From the NCBI GenBank assembly GCA_965216565.1, contig OZ244170.1:1248001-1312000 (forward strand): a stretch of DNA of 64,000 nt. The letters run 5' to 3'. The position numbers and the translations under genes were made by a program. This document shows, piece after piece, positions 20,247-30,055 of the stretch. The notes below the pieces were generated by a model. The model ran no database searches. It saw only the letters and a program-made list of their open reading frames with translations, and was not told the origin of the DNA. Each line of letters starts with the position of its first letter. The first letter of the stretch is position 1. This stretch comes from Bythopirellula sp. Its GTDB lineage: Bacteria; Planctomycetota; Planctomycetia; Pirellulales; Lacipirellulaceae.

Positions 20247-21155
20247 ATGAAATTACGTCTCGGTATTAGATCTCAAGACGTCTCGAAGAGATTTACGCGT
20301 TTTGCGTGCTTTGCTGTTGTTCTATTGCCCACGTCGTTTGTTCAAGCCCAGGGGACGCTCGCCTACTCGTTCGAGGCAGACCTTCAAGGCTTTGCCCCTA
20401 ATGGCGGGGGTGTAACCGTTACGCAGGATACCATTGGGGCGACTGACGGAACTCAGTCGTTGAAAATGGATATCGTTCAAGGGGCAACATTTGTGGGAGC
20501 ACTAACCGACGATCTGGATCCTAATATCTTTGGTGATCCTCCTGGGGTCGACTTGGTATTCTTGGATCTCACGATACAGCAGGCTTTCCCCAATGAGCCC
20601 GGAGACTTTGTCGATGCTGGAATTACAGTCTTTGGCATGAATCAAGATGGATCGCTAGAAGGTCTACAGGCACAGTTTCAAAACAATCAAGTCTCCCTTG
20701 GTGATCTAGAGGTGGGAACTCACCAGATTGTGTTTGAGCTAAGCTCCGCGGTTCATCCTCTCACGTTTGCTTCAGACCAGTCGTTCAACGACATTTTCGG
20801 AGTTCTTGGAAGCGGGGCTAACGATGTGATCCCAACTGGATTTCAGTTTTACATCAATAAGTCGAGCACCGCTCCGTGGACAGGGTACATCGACAATATC
20901 CGCTTTGGCCAAGCTATTCCCGGTGATTTTGACAACAACGGCAGTGTCGACGGCCTTGATTTTCTGTTTTGGCAGAGTGGTGGGACCGATCCACCTCTGG
21001 ATCCGAACGACTTGGCTTTGTGGGAAGCAAATTACGCAGGCGGAGGTAGTTTGTCTGGAGCAATTGCTGCAGTCCCCGAGCCAGGGCATGCAATGTTGAT
21101 CATGGCAGGATTGGGAAGCGCTCTGGCGGTACGTCGGAGAGCTTTACTTAAATAA
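20247..21155 (+). CDS. PEP-CTERM surface protein, unknown ~190-aa domain + dockerin-like module
   Basis: AAAGGA RBS before ATG 20247; signal peptide; domain ends YIDNIRF; GDFDNNGSVDGLDFLFWQ; VPEP-TM-RRR. Confidence 0.85.
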   Translation: MKLRLGIRSQDVSKRFTRFACFAVVLLPTSFVQAQGTLAYSFEADLQGFAPNGGGVTVTQDTIGATDGTQSLKMDIVQGATFVGALTDDLDPNIFGDPPGVDLVFLDLTIQQAFPNEPGDFVDAGITVFGMNQDGSLEGLQAQFQNNQVSLGDLEVGTHQIVFELSSAVHPLTFASDQSFNDIFGVLGSGANDVIPTGFQFYINKSSTAPWTGYIDNIRFGQAIPGDFDNNGSVDGLDFLFWQSGGTDPPLDPNDLALWEANYAGGGSLSGAIAAVPEPGHAMLIMAGLGSALAVRRRALLK

Positions 21156-21248
21156 TCCCACTTTCAATGAAATCGTATTCGACTTGTACTTCGCATTCCA
21201 CTTTTGTTTCTTTTCTGTTTTCGTTGCTTTTGCAATAGAGGAGTTCTA

Positions 21249-21974
21249 ATGATGAGAGTTCTTAGTAGATGCCTTCTTGGCGCTGCAGCTGTGGCTGTAG
21301 TCTTGTTTAGTTGTGGTGAAGTTGAAGCCGCGCTTGCATACTCCTTCGAACCCGACCTGGAAGGGTTCGGACCAAATGGTGGCGGAATTTCTGTCACTCA
21401 AGACACAATTGGAGCGACGGACGGCTCCAATTCGATGAAGGTCGATATCGTAACTGGTCCGACCTTTGTTGGTGCTCTAACAGGAAATGTTTCCCCTGTG
21501 ATTGGCGATCCTCCTGGAATCGGAAGACTTCTCTTCGATATGACGATCGACGCAGGTGACGAGCACACAGGGGCTTTCGCTGTTGTCGGTGTCACCATTT
21601 TCGGCGCATCCCAACCCGATCCAAATGGAGTGTCAACCTTCGGTTTGCAAGCTCAGTTCGCTGACTTTGAGAATATCGGTGGCAAGGCTGCAGGAACTTA
21701 CACGGTTGCTATTGACCTCGACTCGGCTACGCATCCCACCACGTTCGCAACGGGCCAGTCGTTCAATGACATTTTTGGCACCCTTGGAAGCGGTCCGGAT
21801 GACGTGATCCCGACTGGCGTACAACTGTTCTTTAATCAGTCGGCAGATGCTCCTGTTACGGTATATATCGACAATATCCGTGCAGTGATTCCTGAACCGG
21901 CTACTGCTCTGTTGTTCGGATTTGGAGTAGTCGCAGCCGGCGTGGTGCGCCGCCGTACTCCTGCTTGTCAGTAA
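21249..21974 (+). CDS. PEP-CTERM surface protein, paralog of 20247-21155 lacking the dockerin-like module
   Basis: GAGGAG RBS; signal peptide; shared blocks AYSFE, VTQDTIGATDG, TFVGALT, QSFNDIFG, YIDNIR; IPEP-TM-RRR. Confidence 0.85.
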   Translation: MMRVLSRCLLGAAAVAVVLFSCGEVEAALAYSFEPDLEGFGPNGGGISVTQDTIGATDGSNSMKVDIVTGPTFVGALTGNVSPVIGDPPGIGRLLFDMTIDAGDEHTGAFAVVGVTIFGASQPDPNGVSTFGLQAQFADFENIGGKAAGTYTVAIDLDSATHPTTFATGQSFNDIFGTLGSGPDDVIPTGVQLFFNQSADAPVTVYIDNIRAVIPEPATALLFGFGVVAAGVVRRRTPACQ

Positions 21975-21996
21975 ACTGTAGAGAGTTGGGGCAGTT

Positions 21997-22049
21997 GGTA
22001 GTGTTGCGGCATTTGCACACGTGCACCTTGCCGCACGCTACCTTTTTTT
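21997..22049 (+). terminator. Intrinsic terminator after the PEP-CTERM pair
   Basis: GGTAG..TGCGGCA..GCAC / GTGC..TGCCGCA..CTACC hairpin followed by a T7 run. Confidence 0.8.
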
Positions 22050-22127
22050 ATGTCCCCTGCGATTGGGCCGTGTGCCAAGATCTATCGCTTTCTTCCGCAC
22101 CATCTGCGAACCGGGTCGAGTGAAAAT

Positions 22128-22889
22128 ATGCCACGATTTCAAGGGTATGCAGCCATAGTGACCGGGGCAACGAGCGGTATGGGGCGAGCAATTGCAGAGC
22201 AACTTGCCGAAGAACAGGCCATGCTAGTTCTGAGTGGCCGTAACGAGCACCGCGGACGAGAACTCCAAGAGAAGCTTCGCGAGTCCAACCCTAAAGTCGT
22301 GTTTCATGCGGGAGATGTCGCTGAAGAGGAGACCAACAGCCAGTTGGTTCATATTGCGATACAAGAATTCGGACGACTCGACCTATTGAGTACAAATGCT
22401 GGCACCCTTGGCCTAGGGTCTGTAACCGAAGTGACTCCCATGGTCTGGAGCGAGACGTTCTCTACCAACTTGTTTTCGGTGTTTTATCTCTGCCGTCTAG
22501 CGATCCCAGAGATGCTGAAGACTGGCGGAGGCAACATCGTAGTGAACGCATCCATCGCAGCTCAGATGAGTTTTCCGAACCACGCCGCGTATTGCAGCTC
22601 GAAGGCCGCATTAGTTGCCTTGGCCAAGCAAATGGCTGCTGAATACGGCCCTGAAATCCGCGTAAATGCAATCTGTCCTGGTCCGGTTGATACCCCCATG
22701 ATTTGGAATTCGGCACAGGCATTTGATGATCCCGATTCGGCCGTTGCATCCGCAGCCGATGCAACGGCCCTGAAAAGATTGGGAACAGTAAACGATATAG
22801 CAAGCCTGACTCTGTTCCTTGCTTCGCAGGAAAGCTCTTGGATCACTGGGGCGAGTATGACTATCGATGGCGGACTTACAATTTACTGA
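22128..22889 (+). CDS. Short-chain dehydrogenase/reductase (SDR)
   Basis: TGATSGMG, NAG, catalytic YCSSK, NAICPGPVDT, IDGG. Confidence 0.92.
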   Translation: MPRFQGYAAIVTGATSGMGRAIAEQLAEEQAMLVLSGRNEHRGRELQEKLRESNPKVVFHAGDVAEEETNSQLVHIAIQEFGRLDLLSTNAGTLGLGSVTEVTPMVWSETFSTNLFSVFYLCRLAIPEMLKTGGGNIVVNASIAAQMSFPNHAAYCSSKAALVALAKQMAAEYGPEIRVNAICPGPVDTPMIWNSAQAFDDPDSAVASAADATALKRLGTVNDIASLTLFLASQESSWITGASMTIDGGLTIY

Positions 22890-22907
22890 ACGACAGTTTG
22901 CATTCTT

Positions 22908-24164
22908 ATGACTCTCCATTTTCGCCCTTGGCGATCACTACTGAAAACAACAGATACTAAACCTGGCAAGGGTTCTCGCGTAGCTAGCCTTCTTCAAAGG
23001 CAATCAAAATCTAGTGCTGGACCTCTTGCTGCCTATGTTGGCACATTTGGTTCCGGTCCTCTCGCTGAGCAGGCAACACAATCGAACCTTCCTTGCGGCA
23101 TACAAGTGTTTCATGCAGATCGCACCAGCGGCGAGTTATCGTCAGCTGGTGTGTTTGAAATGAGTACAAGTCCAAGCTTTCTGGTCACCAATAAGCATGG
23201 GACGCGTCTGTATTCTGCCAACGAGACGGATAGTCTTGGAAGTAGCGGAACAGGATCCGTTAGTGCATTCGCAATTGGGCGAGCTTACGGTGAACTTTCC
23301 TTACTCAATACGGTGTCATCAGGAGGAACTGGGCCAACGCATGTAAGCATACATCCGACAGGTCGGTTTTTGTTTGTTGCAAATTATTCTAATGGCTCTG
23401 TGGCTGTGATCAATATTATGCCGGATGGTTCGCTAGGAGAGATTTTGGATCTCAAGTACAACGAAGTAACGAGAGTGAATGGTGACAGCAACACAATTGC
23501 ATCTGCAGACTTCGAAAGTAACGAGACTTGTCGATCGCACGCGCATATGATTCAAGCAGACTCCACAGGCCGAGTTGTAATCCATGTTGACCTGGGGTCG
23601 GATAAATTGTTTACATGGAAATTCGATGAACAAACCGGATTGTTGACACCAAACGATCCTCCCTTTGTGTCTCTGCCGTCTGGAGTTTCACCAAGACATT
23701 TCTGCTTTCATCCGAATGGACATTGGCTCTATTCAATTCAGGAGGAAGCTTCTTCGGTGACTTTGTTCGAATACTGCACTCAAACAGGTGCGTTAGCAAT
23801 TCGCCAAACGAACTCTACTCTGCCTTCGGAGTACGTGGGTAGCAACTACTGCTCCTCAATTCTTGTTTCGGCTGACGGTAGATTTCTCTACGCGGGAAAC
23901 AGGCTGTACGATTCGATTGCCATTTTCGCAATCGGACAGAGAGGCGAACTCACACGAATTGGTGAAGAATGGGCGAGGGGGAACTATCCGCGTAGCTTCA
24001 ATTTCGATCCTACAGGCAAGTTTCTCTACTGTTGTAATCAGCGTAGCAACAATATTTCTCTGTTCTACGTAGATCGGAACTCTGGGAACCTGAGCTTCAG
24101 TGGCCATTACACCGCAGTAGAGAATCCGGCCGCTATCGAGTTTCTTGACTTATGTGAAGATTGA
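22908..24164 (+). CDS. Lactonase family (6-phosphogluconolactonase/cycloisomerase-2) beta-propeller
   Basis: AYVGT, VANY, SHAH, DLGSD, SPRH, YPRSF; start uncertain. Confidence 0.88.
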   Translation: MTLHFRPWRSLLKTTDTKPGKGSRVASLLQRQSKSSAGPLAAYVGTFGSGPLAEQATQSNLPCGIQVFHADRTSGELSSAGVFEMSTSPSFLVTNKHGTRLYSANETDSLGSSGTGSVSAFAIGRAYGELSLLNTVSSGGTGPTHVSIHPTGRFLFVANYSNGSVAVINIMPDGSLGEILDLKYNEVTRVNGDSNTIASADFESNETCRSHAHMIQADSTGRVVIHVDLGSDKLFTWKFDEQTGLLTPNDPPFVSLPSGVSPRHFCFHPNGHWLYSIQEEASSVTLFEYCTQTGALAIRQTNSTLPSEYVGSNYCSSILVSADGRFLYAGNRLYDSIAIFAIGQRGELTRIGEEWARGNYPRSFNFDPTGKFLYCCNQRSNNISLFYVDRNSGNLSFSGHYTAVENPAAIEFLDLCED

Positions 24165-24385
24165 GGACCACCGCTTTACGTTGACGGTTCTGGATTTATC
24201 GAGGTTTGCAACGATTGGAATCCTCCAGACTTCTGTTCTGCTGTCTTGTTACACGTGTGGTTATCCTTTCTGTTTGCGCTCGCTTCGTGCTGCCTGCATA
24301 TGTATAGACTTAGCCCACTAGTAATTCAATTTCGCAATTGCAAGAATGCATGACGGATCTGGCACCACGTCGAATGGAACCCAGT

Positions 24386-24913
24386 ATGAAACCCGAACCC
24401 CCTCAAAACCCAATCGGACCTTTCACTCCTGCTGTAGATTTCGGACCAGAATACCGAAGTCGATGTATCAACGACCTATCTGCCCTTCCAGGGCAACTGC
24501 GCGAAGCGGTAAGTGAGCTTTCGGGGCAGGAGCTCAACACGAAGTATCGCAATTGGACAATTCGACAAATAGTACACCACATTGCTGATAGTCACGTGAA
24601 TAGTTATGTGCGGTTCAAATGGGCACTTACCGAAGACTCACCCATTATCAAAGCCTATGATGAAGGCCTTTGGTCTCAGCTGACTGAGTCGGCAACGGGA
24701 GACATTGTTCCATCGCTGCAACTACTCGACGGACTCCACGCACGTTGGGTTCAGTTGCTCAACAGCATGAGCGACACAGATTTCGGCCGCACGTTCCTTC
24801 ATTCCGAATCTGGTGAGACCATAGCACTTAATTCTGCACTAGACTACTATCCATGGCACGGCAAGCACCACACAGGACAGATACTGTGGCTGCGTGAGGC
24901 TTACGGTCTCTAA
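24386..24913 (+). CDS. YfiT/DinB-family metal-dependent thiol transferase/hydrolase
   Basis: WTIRQIVHHIADSH, IKAYDE, LHARW, WHGKHH. Confidence 0.88.
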   Translation: MKPEPPQNPIGPFTPAVDFGPEYRSRCINDLSALPGQLREAVSELSGQELNTKYRNWTIRQIVHHIADSHVNSYVRFKWALTEDSPIIKAYDEGLWSQLTESATGDIVPSLQLLDGLHARWVQLLNSMSDTDFGRTFLHSESGETIALNSALDYYPWHGKHHTGQILWLREAYGL

Positions 24914-25067
24914 CTAGTATCGGGTTGATACTGCGAACAGCTTGCTGAATGGTCGGTAGATCGAGTGGACTCTGCGACTGTATTCTTCTGGTCTTCGAAA
25001 AGAGAGGTCATCTCTCGGACTGGGCCAGCAAGGCAGAAGTGGCTACCTCAAGGAGAAATTCCTCTGC

Positions 25068-26069
25068 GTGTTTAGCCCGCTTGTCGATCGGATGCTAGAG
25101 GCTGCAAACCTAGAAGTGTTAGCCGTCACCGGTGCACAGGCTCCCGACTTTGCACCAGGGGTTATACTGAAAAGACTTGGCACTCGACACGACGAATGGT
25201 TGATGCCCGAGCAAATGGATGCTTCCGGTGAGATCCTCTTTTCGGGTGTTGGGAGAGGACAGGGCGTTGAAGCCCATCGTCATGGAAAGACAGTATGGAC
25301 GGCTGACGCGATGGGGGTCTTACGTGTCATTGCGAATAGGCTACCTGTTCCCTCATTTCGAAAGACTTGGATCAGTAGCATCGGTGGTGTACAGCGATTA
25401 GGCCCCAAACTGTATTTATGCGTTGCGGCGATGGACGGTCGCGATGTCCTTTTCGACGATCGCGTGGGGCTTTTCTTGGTACGCGACGGTCATCTCAACC
25501 TGATTATGCAAAATGCGAAGAGGGCACCTGCAGGGTCAAGTTCCAAGAATCTGATCAAGTCGATTGAGGGTATTATGACGTATCAGGGAGGGGCAGTCGT
25601 CTACACAGAAACCATCGACGCGGGGCAAATCGGTGGGGCGGTGTGGCGACTTACCGGCCAAGATTGGTCCATCCTAACGCACGACACGGCTACAGTAACC
25701 GGCTTGTCTAAGTTCCCTTCTTTTTCAAAGTGTGATATTCAGAGCACCAACTCCAAAGGGGACATTGTCCTCCGAGTACTAGGTCGAGAATCAGCCGAAT
25801 CGAACCAGCTGCCAGTAGGAGTTGTGACCTCCTCGGTCAAAGGAGTACTGAATACTATTGCCGCTACGGGTGACAATGCCGAGATTCCAGATGATCAAGA
25901 CGCGGTATTTGATGGGAACTTGAATCAGTACGATGCCGGCATCAATGATGCTGGCAACGTAGCGTTCTCAGGGTCTGCCGCAGATAAGGCAGGCATTCGG
26001 AAGCATACGAGTGAAAGCTTGCAGTTCCTCGGAGCAATCGAATCGCCGATCGATGTGTTCATTGACTGA
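25068..26069 (+). CDS. Hypothetical protein with NxxGxxAF-type repeat remnants (possibly truncated)
   Basis: TGAQAPDFAPGV, TNSKGDIV, INDAGNVAF; no signal peptide or C-terminal anchor. Confidence 0.4.
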   Translation: MFSPLVDRMLEAANLEVLAVTGAQAPDFAPGVILKRLGTRHDEWLMPEQMDASGEILFSGVGRGQGVEAHRHGKTVWTADAMGVLRVIANRLPVPSFRKTWISSIGGVQRLGPKLYLCVAAMDGRDVLFDDRVGLFLVRDGHLNLIMQNAKRAPAGSSSKNLIKSIEGIMTYQGGAVVYTETIDAGQIGGAVWRLTGQDWSILTHDTATVTGLSKFPSFSKCDIQSTNSKGDIVLRVLGRESAESNQLPVGVVTSSVKGVLNTIAATGDNAEIPDDQDAVFDGNLNQYDAGINDAGNVAFSGSAADKAGIRKHTSESLQFLGAIESPIDVFID

Positions 26070-26167
26070 ATTCCGGAGAACGGCAGTACGCGCCGGCAAT
26101 TCAGCCGGAGCACACACAAACCGCCGGATGCATTTCGCCCCTTATCTGTGGCTACTAGGCATTGAAG

Positions 26168-27403
26168 CTATTGCTCAGGTTGGATTTGTTCGGCCTTGGC
26201 CAGGGAAAACGCCTCACAGGCAAGCACTTCGACAAAGCCCTGACTGCTTTGTGGATTGAGACCATCGCTGGCTTCCATCGATGCATCTGCCGGGTTGTAG
26301 AGTGAGGCTGGGCAATCGGTCAGCGATTGGAAGTAAATGTTGCCGCGATACAGACCTGCTTTCACGGTGCCGGTGGCGTGTTTCGCTAAAAGGTCGATTC
26401 CGGCAAGCGCGGCCTGGGCTCCTGGATCATAAAGTCTTGCATCGTAGATCTGCTCCGCGACGAGTCGCGACATCTGATGAAACAGTCCGGTCGCGCGTCG
26501 ATCCATGGTTGCTTGATAAACAAACTGTAGGCACATACCCAATAACTCGAGCCCAGGGGCTTCATAGACACCGCGACTTTTGGTGCCAATGATGCGGTTC
26601 TCAAGCGCGTTACTCAGTCCGATACCGTTTCTACCGGCGATTTCGTTGGCCTGCATCATGGCTTCCAGTGGTGCGACGTCGATCCCATTGATCGAACTGC
26701 AGCGTCCTTGCTCGAATCGGATGGTCACGTCCTCGATGGAATCGGGAGCGTCGTGCGGCCAAACGCACATGGTGGGTTCAACAATTAAACAGGAAGTTTC
26801 TAGACTCTCCAAATCCTCGGCTTCGTGACTTAGCCCAGCGAGATTGGCATCCGTCGAGTAGCGTTTTTGCACTACCTCTGCTTCGATTCCCATATCGCGC
26901 AGGTAAGCCGCCATTTGTTTGCGTCCTGGGAATTCTTCCAGCAGAGTTGGATCTCGCCAGGGAGCATAAACTTTCATGTCCGGTGCCAGCACATTGCTGT
27001 AGCGCTCAAATCGAATCTGATCGTTACCGCGACCTGTCGCTCCATGGACGAGCACCGTGCAACCATGCTTGCGCATACTTTCGATCAAGCCCTTCACCGT
27101 AATCGCTCGCGCGATGCCGGTGGTATTCCAATAGCCACCGTCGTACTTCGCCTGCGAACGTAGCATCATGAAACAGGCTTCGGCCATTTCGGCTTTGAGG
27201 TCGACGATGATCGTCTCAGCGCCCGTTGGCTGCATCTTCTTTCGGACGTCTTCAATATCTTCTTCGTCAGGTTGTCCGAGATCTGCCGTAAAGCAGGTGA
27301 CATCACAACCGGCTTCCATAAGCCGCTTAGTCACCGCCTTGCTATCGAGTCCCCCTGAAACACAAATCCCGAGTTTGTGCCCTGTTAATTCACCTAGTCT
27401 CAT
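26168..27403 (-). CDS. argG: Argininosuccinate synthase
   Basis: SGGLDS PP-loop, HGATGRGNDQIRF, STDANLAGLSHE, ENRIIGTKSRGVYEAPG. Confidence 0.93.
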   Translation of the reverse strand: MRLGELTGHKLGICVSGGLDSKAVTKRLMEAGCDVTCFTADLGQPDEEDIEDVRKKMQPTGAETIIVDLKAEMAEACFMMLRSQAKYDGGYWNTTGIARAITVKGLIESMRKHGCTVLVHGATGRGNDQIRFERYSNVLAPDMKVYAPWRDPTLLEEFPGRKQMAAYLRDMGIEAEVVQKRYSTDANLAGLSHEAEDLESLETSCLIVEPTMCVWPHDAPDSIEDVTIRFEQGRCSSINGIDVAPLEAMMQANEIAGRNGIGLSNALENRIIGTKSRGVYEAPGLELLGMCLQFVYQATMDRRATGLFHQMSRLVAEQIYDARLYDPGAQAALAGIDLLAKHATGTVKAGLYRGNIYFQSLTDCPASLYNPADASMEASDGLNPQSSQGFVEVLACEAFSLAKAEQIQPEQ

Positions 27404-27458
27404 GGCTGCTTTCTAAGAATCAAAGAATACACGTTTTAAAAGATACTACGGCCAGCGC

Positions 27459-28655
27459 TCAGAGCGATTCAACGAACTCCGAATCGTGTGCCACATCCGC
27501 ACTATTGTAGCGTGTAGTGAGGCTTCGCATAACTCCATCAAAAACTGCCAAGCCCGTCGAAAGGACATCGTCGGGAAAGCTGTATTCAGGGTGATGCAGC
27601 CCCATGGCCGTTTCACCAATCCCCAAGCCGAAATGGAGCGTCGGGCAGACTCGCGAGAAATGCGAAAAATCTTCGGACCAACGAAAAGCAGATTGTAGTT
27701 CCTGATACTGGATGTGCAGTTCACCGCAACAGTGTTCGAGCAATTCCACTAGTGAAGGATCGTTTTGGCTGGCAGGAAACCACTCTGCTTTGGCAATTTC
27801 GAGGTCGAGTCCATCGCTTACCGCCGCGTTTCGCACTAACGTTTCGAGTTGCTCGAACAGCATATTGAGAGTCGCTGTGGAAGCCGAACGAAGTGTTGCC
27901 AACAAGGTGGCATTGCCGGGAGTCAATCCGAACGATTCGCCACCCATTTGCACATGAGTCACGGATGCCAGGCGATAGGGATCAGCCTCGACATCACTTA
28001 AACCAGGAATCGCGGTAAGCAGTTGTGCCAGAACATTTCGGGGAGACCTTGCTTCCTCCGGTTCTGCAGCATGAGAATCAATGCCGCGCAGTAAAATGCG
28101 CACTCCACCAGAAGCGCTGGCAAAGGTGCCCGGCCTGCAAACAATGGTATTGAGAGCGAAGCCAGGAAGGTTATGCAACGCTATCGCGTAGTCGGGCTGT
28201 ATGGATGGGAACTGGGGATCGTCGAGGATCCGCAATGCTCCCTCCCCAGTCTCCTCGGCGGGTTGAAAAAGTAATACCACTCGGCCTGAGGCTGGTCGCT
28301 TGCAATGGAGCAAAGGGGCTAACCCCGCCAAGATGGCCATGTGGCCATCGTGTCCGCAGCGATGAGAAGCTTGCTCCGCAAAAGTGGCGGTGCCTTCGGC
28401 GTTTGTTATTGACAGCGCATCCAACTCACTCCGGAACAACAGCGTGGGTCCCTCTTCGTTGCCTTCGAAAACCGCTGCAACCCCATGCCCGCCAAGATTG
28501 GTAAGCAGCGAGTCGGGAGCGTAAGCAAGCAGAAAGTTTGCAATAATCCGCGCGGTAACCACTTCTTGGCCGGCTGGCTCAGCGCACACATGCAAAGTAC
28601 TGCGGAGCGTTCTAAGAATCTCGAGAAGAATAGAATCATTAAGGACGGGCGTCAT
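27459..28655 (-). CDS. M20D-family amidohydrolase
   Basis: RSELDAL, HRCGHDGHM, FQPAEETG, HNLPG, SEDF, LHHPEY. Confidence 0.9.
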   Translation of the reverse strand: MTPVLNDSILLEILRTLRSTLHVCAEPAGQEVVTARIIANFLLAYAPDSLLTNLGGHGVAAVFEGNEEGPTLLFRSELDALSITNAEGTATFAEQASHRCGHDGHMAILAGLAPLLHCKRPASGRVVLLFQPAEETGEGALRILDDPQFPSIQPDYAIALHNLPGFALNTIVCRPGTFASASGGVRILLRGIDSHAAEPEEARSPRNVLAQLLTAIPGLSDVEADPYRLASVTHVQMGGESFGLTPGNATLLATLRSASTATLNMLFEQLETLVRNAAVSDGLDLEIAKAEWFPASQNDPSLVELLEHCCGELHIQYQELQSAFRWSEDFSHFSRVCPTLHFGLGIGETAMGLHHPEYSFPDDVLSTGLAVFDGVMRSLTTRYNSADVAHDSEFVESL

Positions 28656-28708
28656 ACCTTAATTATAGTTCTCTCTGGGGAAATTTCCGAGAATATACCC
28701 CTGCAAGT

Positions 28709-30055
28709 TTAGATTTCTTGGGAGGCCCCGGTTGCAGGAGCTGGACTCTTGCCTTGTAACAGTGCTCCTACCTCTCCTGCCAAGAGAAGCAAGGCAACCA
28801 AATTGGGAATGACGACGAAAGCGTTCAGCAAATCTGCCAAGGCCCAAGTGGCTCGCACCCCGGCCAGAGCTCCACCCGTGATTGCGATGCAGTAAAGTAT
28901 CCGATAGGGCACCTTAGCTCGCGGTCCAAATAGATAGGCAGCACAAGTCTCGCCGTAGAACGCCCATGCAATCAACGTCGACAAGCCGAATAGAACCGAT
29001 GCGATCATCACAGTTGGCGCACCAAGGGGACCAAGTGCTTGTCCCATCGCGTGTGCGGTCAACGCCGCTGAATCGAGTCCAGACTGCCAGGCGCCAGTTA
29101 GTAGTAGTACGAATCCGGTAGCTGTAGCCACAACTAGCGTGTCAATGAACACGCCCAACATCGCGATCTTGCCTTGCGAGATCGGATCGCTCGTTTGAGC
29201 TGAGGCGTGCGCAATCGGCACCGAGCCCGTTCCAGCTTCGTTGGAGTAGACGCCGCGCGCTAAACCGAATCGCATTGCTTGCTGAACGGTCGCACCCAAG
29301 AAACCCCCAGCCCCGGCTGCTGGAGTAAAGGCATGTTCGAACACCAGGCCAAACACTTCGGGAATCCTTGCAGCATAAAGGGCAATGGCAGAACCCGCAG
29401 CAATTAAGTAGATCGCCCCCATCAATGGAGTTAGGATTTCCGAAACTCGCCCAATCGAGTGAACACCTCCCAATATCACGAACGCCGCCACCAGGGCGAC
29501 TAACGAGCAAGTGACAATAGGAGCCCAGCCCAGTTCAGATTGAACCACGGATGCAATCGAGTTGCTCTGCACCGTGGTAGTTGCGACAAGGGTTTTTACT
29601 GCCATAACAAACGCAAAAAAACCAGCTACCTTTGGCCAGCCAAGTCGAGTCTCGAGATAGTACATCGGTCCCCCGGCGTAGAATCCATCCTCTGCTCTAC
29701 GCCGATACCGAACCCCCAGGACCGATTCTGCAAACATGGTTGCCATCCCGACAACGCCAGAAACCCACATCCAGAATAAGGCCCCCGGTCCACCCGCCAT
29801 GATCGCCGTCGCGACACCCGCAATATTCCCATTTCCGACGACTCCCCCGACCGCCGTCATCAGTGCTGCAAAGGAGGAAACGTCTCCTTCCCCCGTTGAG
29901 GCCCGACTTTTCATCACGGCTCGGCAAGCTGGAACAAAGCCCCATACTTGGACAAAGCGATTCTTGAACCCCACGTAGAGACCGACGCCCAGCACCAAGC
30001 TAAGCATCGGCACACCCCAGAGCCATCCACTGGCCGCATCAATCCATGATGTCAT
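28709..30055 (-). CDS. Alanine/glycine:cation symporter (AGCS) family transporter
   Basis: GNGNIAGVA, GGPGALFWMW, GGPMYY, RGVYSNEAGTGS, FIDT. Confidence 0.92.
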   Translation of the reverse strand: MTSWIDAASGWLWGVPMLSLVLGVGLYVGFKNRFVQVWGFVPACRAVMKSRASTGEGDVSSFAALMTAVGGVVGNGNIAGVATAIMAGGPGALFWMWVSGVVGMATMFAESVLGVRYRRRAEDGFYAGGPMYYLETRLGWPKVAGFFAFVMAVKTLVATTTVQSNSIASVVQSELGWAPIVTCSLVALVAAFVILGGVHSIGRVSEILTPLMGAIYLIAAGSAIALYAARIPEVFGLVFEHAFTPAAGAGGFLGATVQQAMRFGLARGVYSNEAGTGSVPIAHASAQTSDPISQGKIAMLGVFIDTLVVATATGFVLLLTGAWQSGLDSAALTAHAMGQALGPLGAPTVMIASVLFGLSTLIAWAFYGETCAAYLFGPRAKVPYRILYCIAITGGALAGVRATWALADLLNAFVVIPNLVALLLLAGEVGALLQGKSPAPATGASQEI

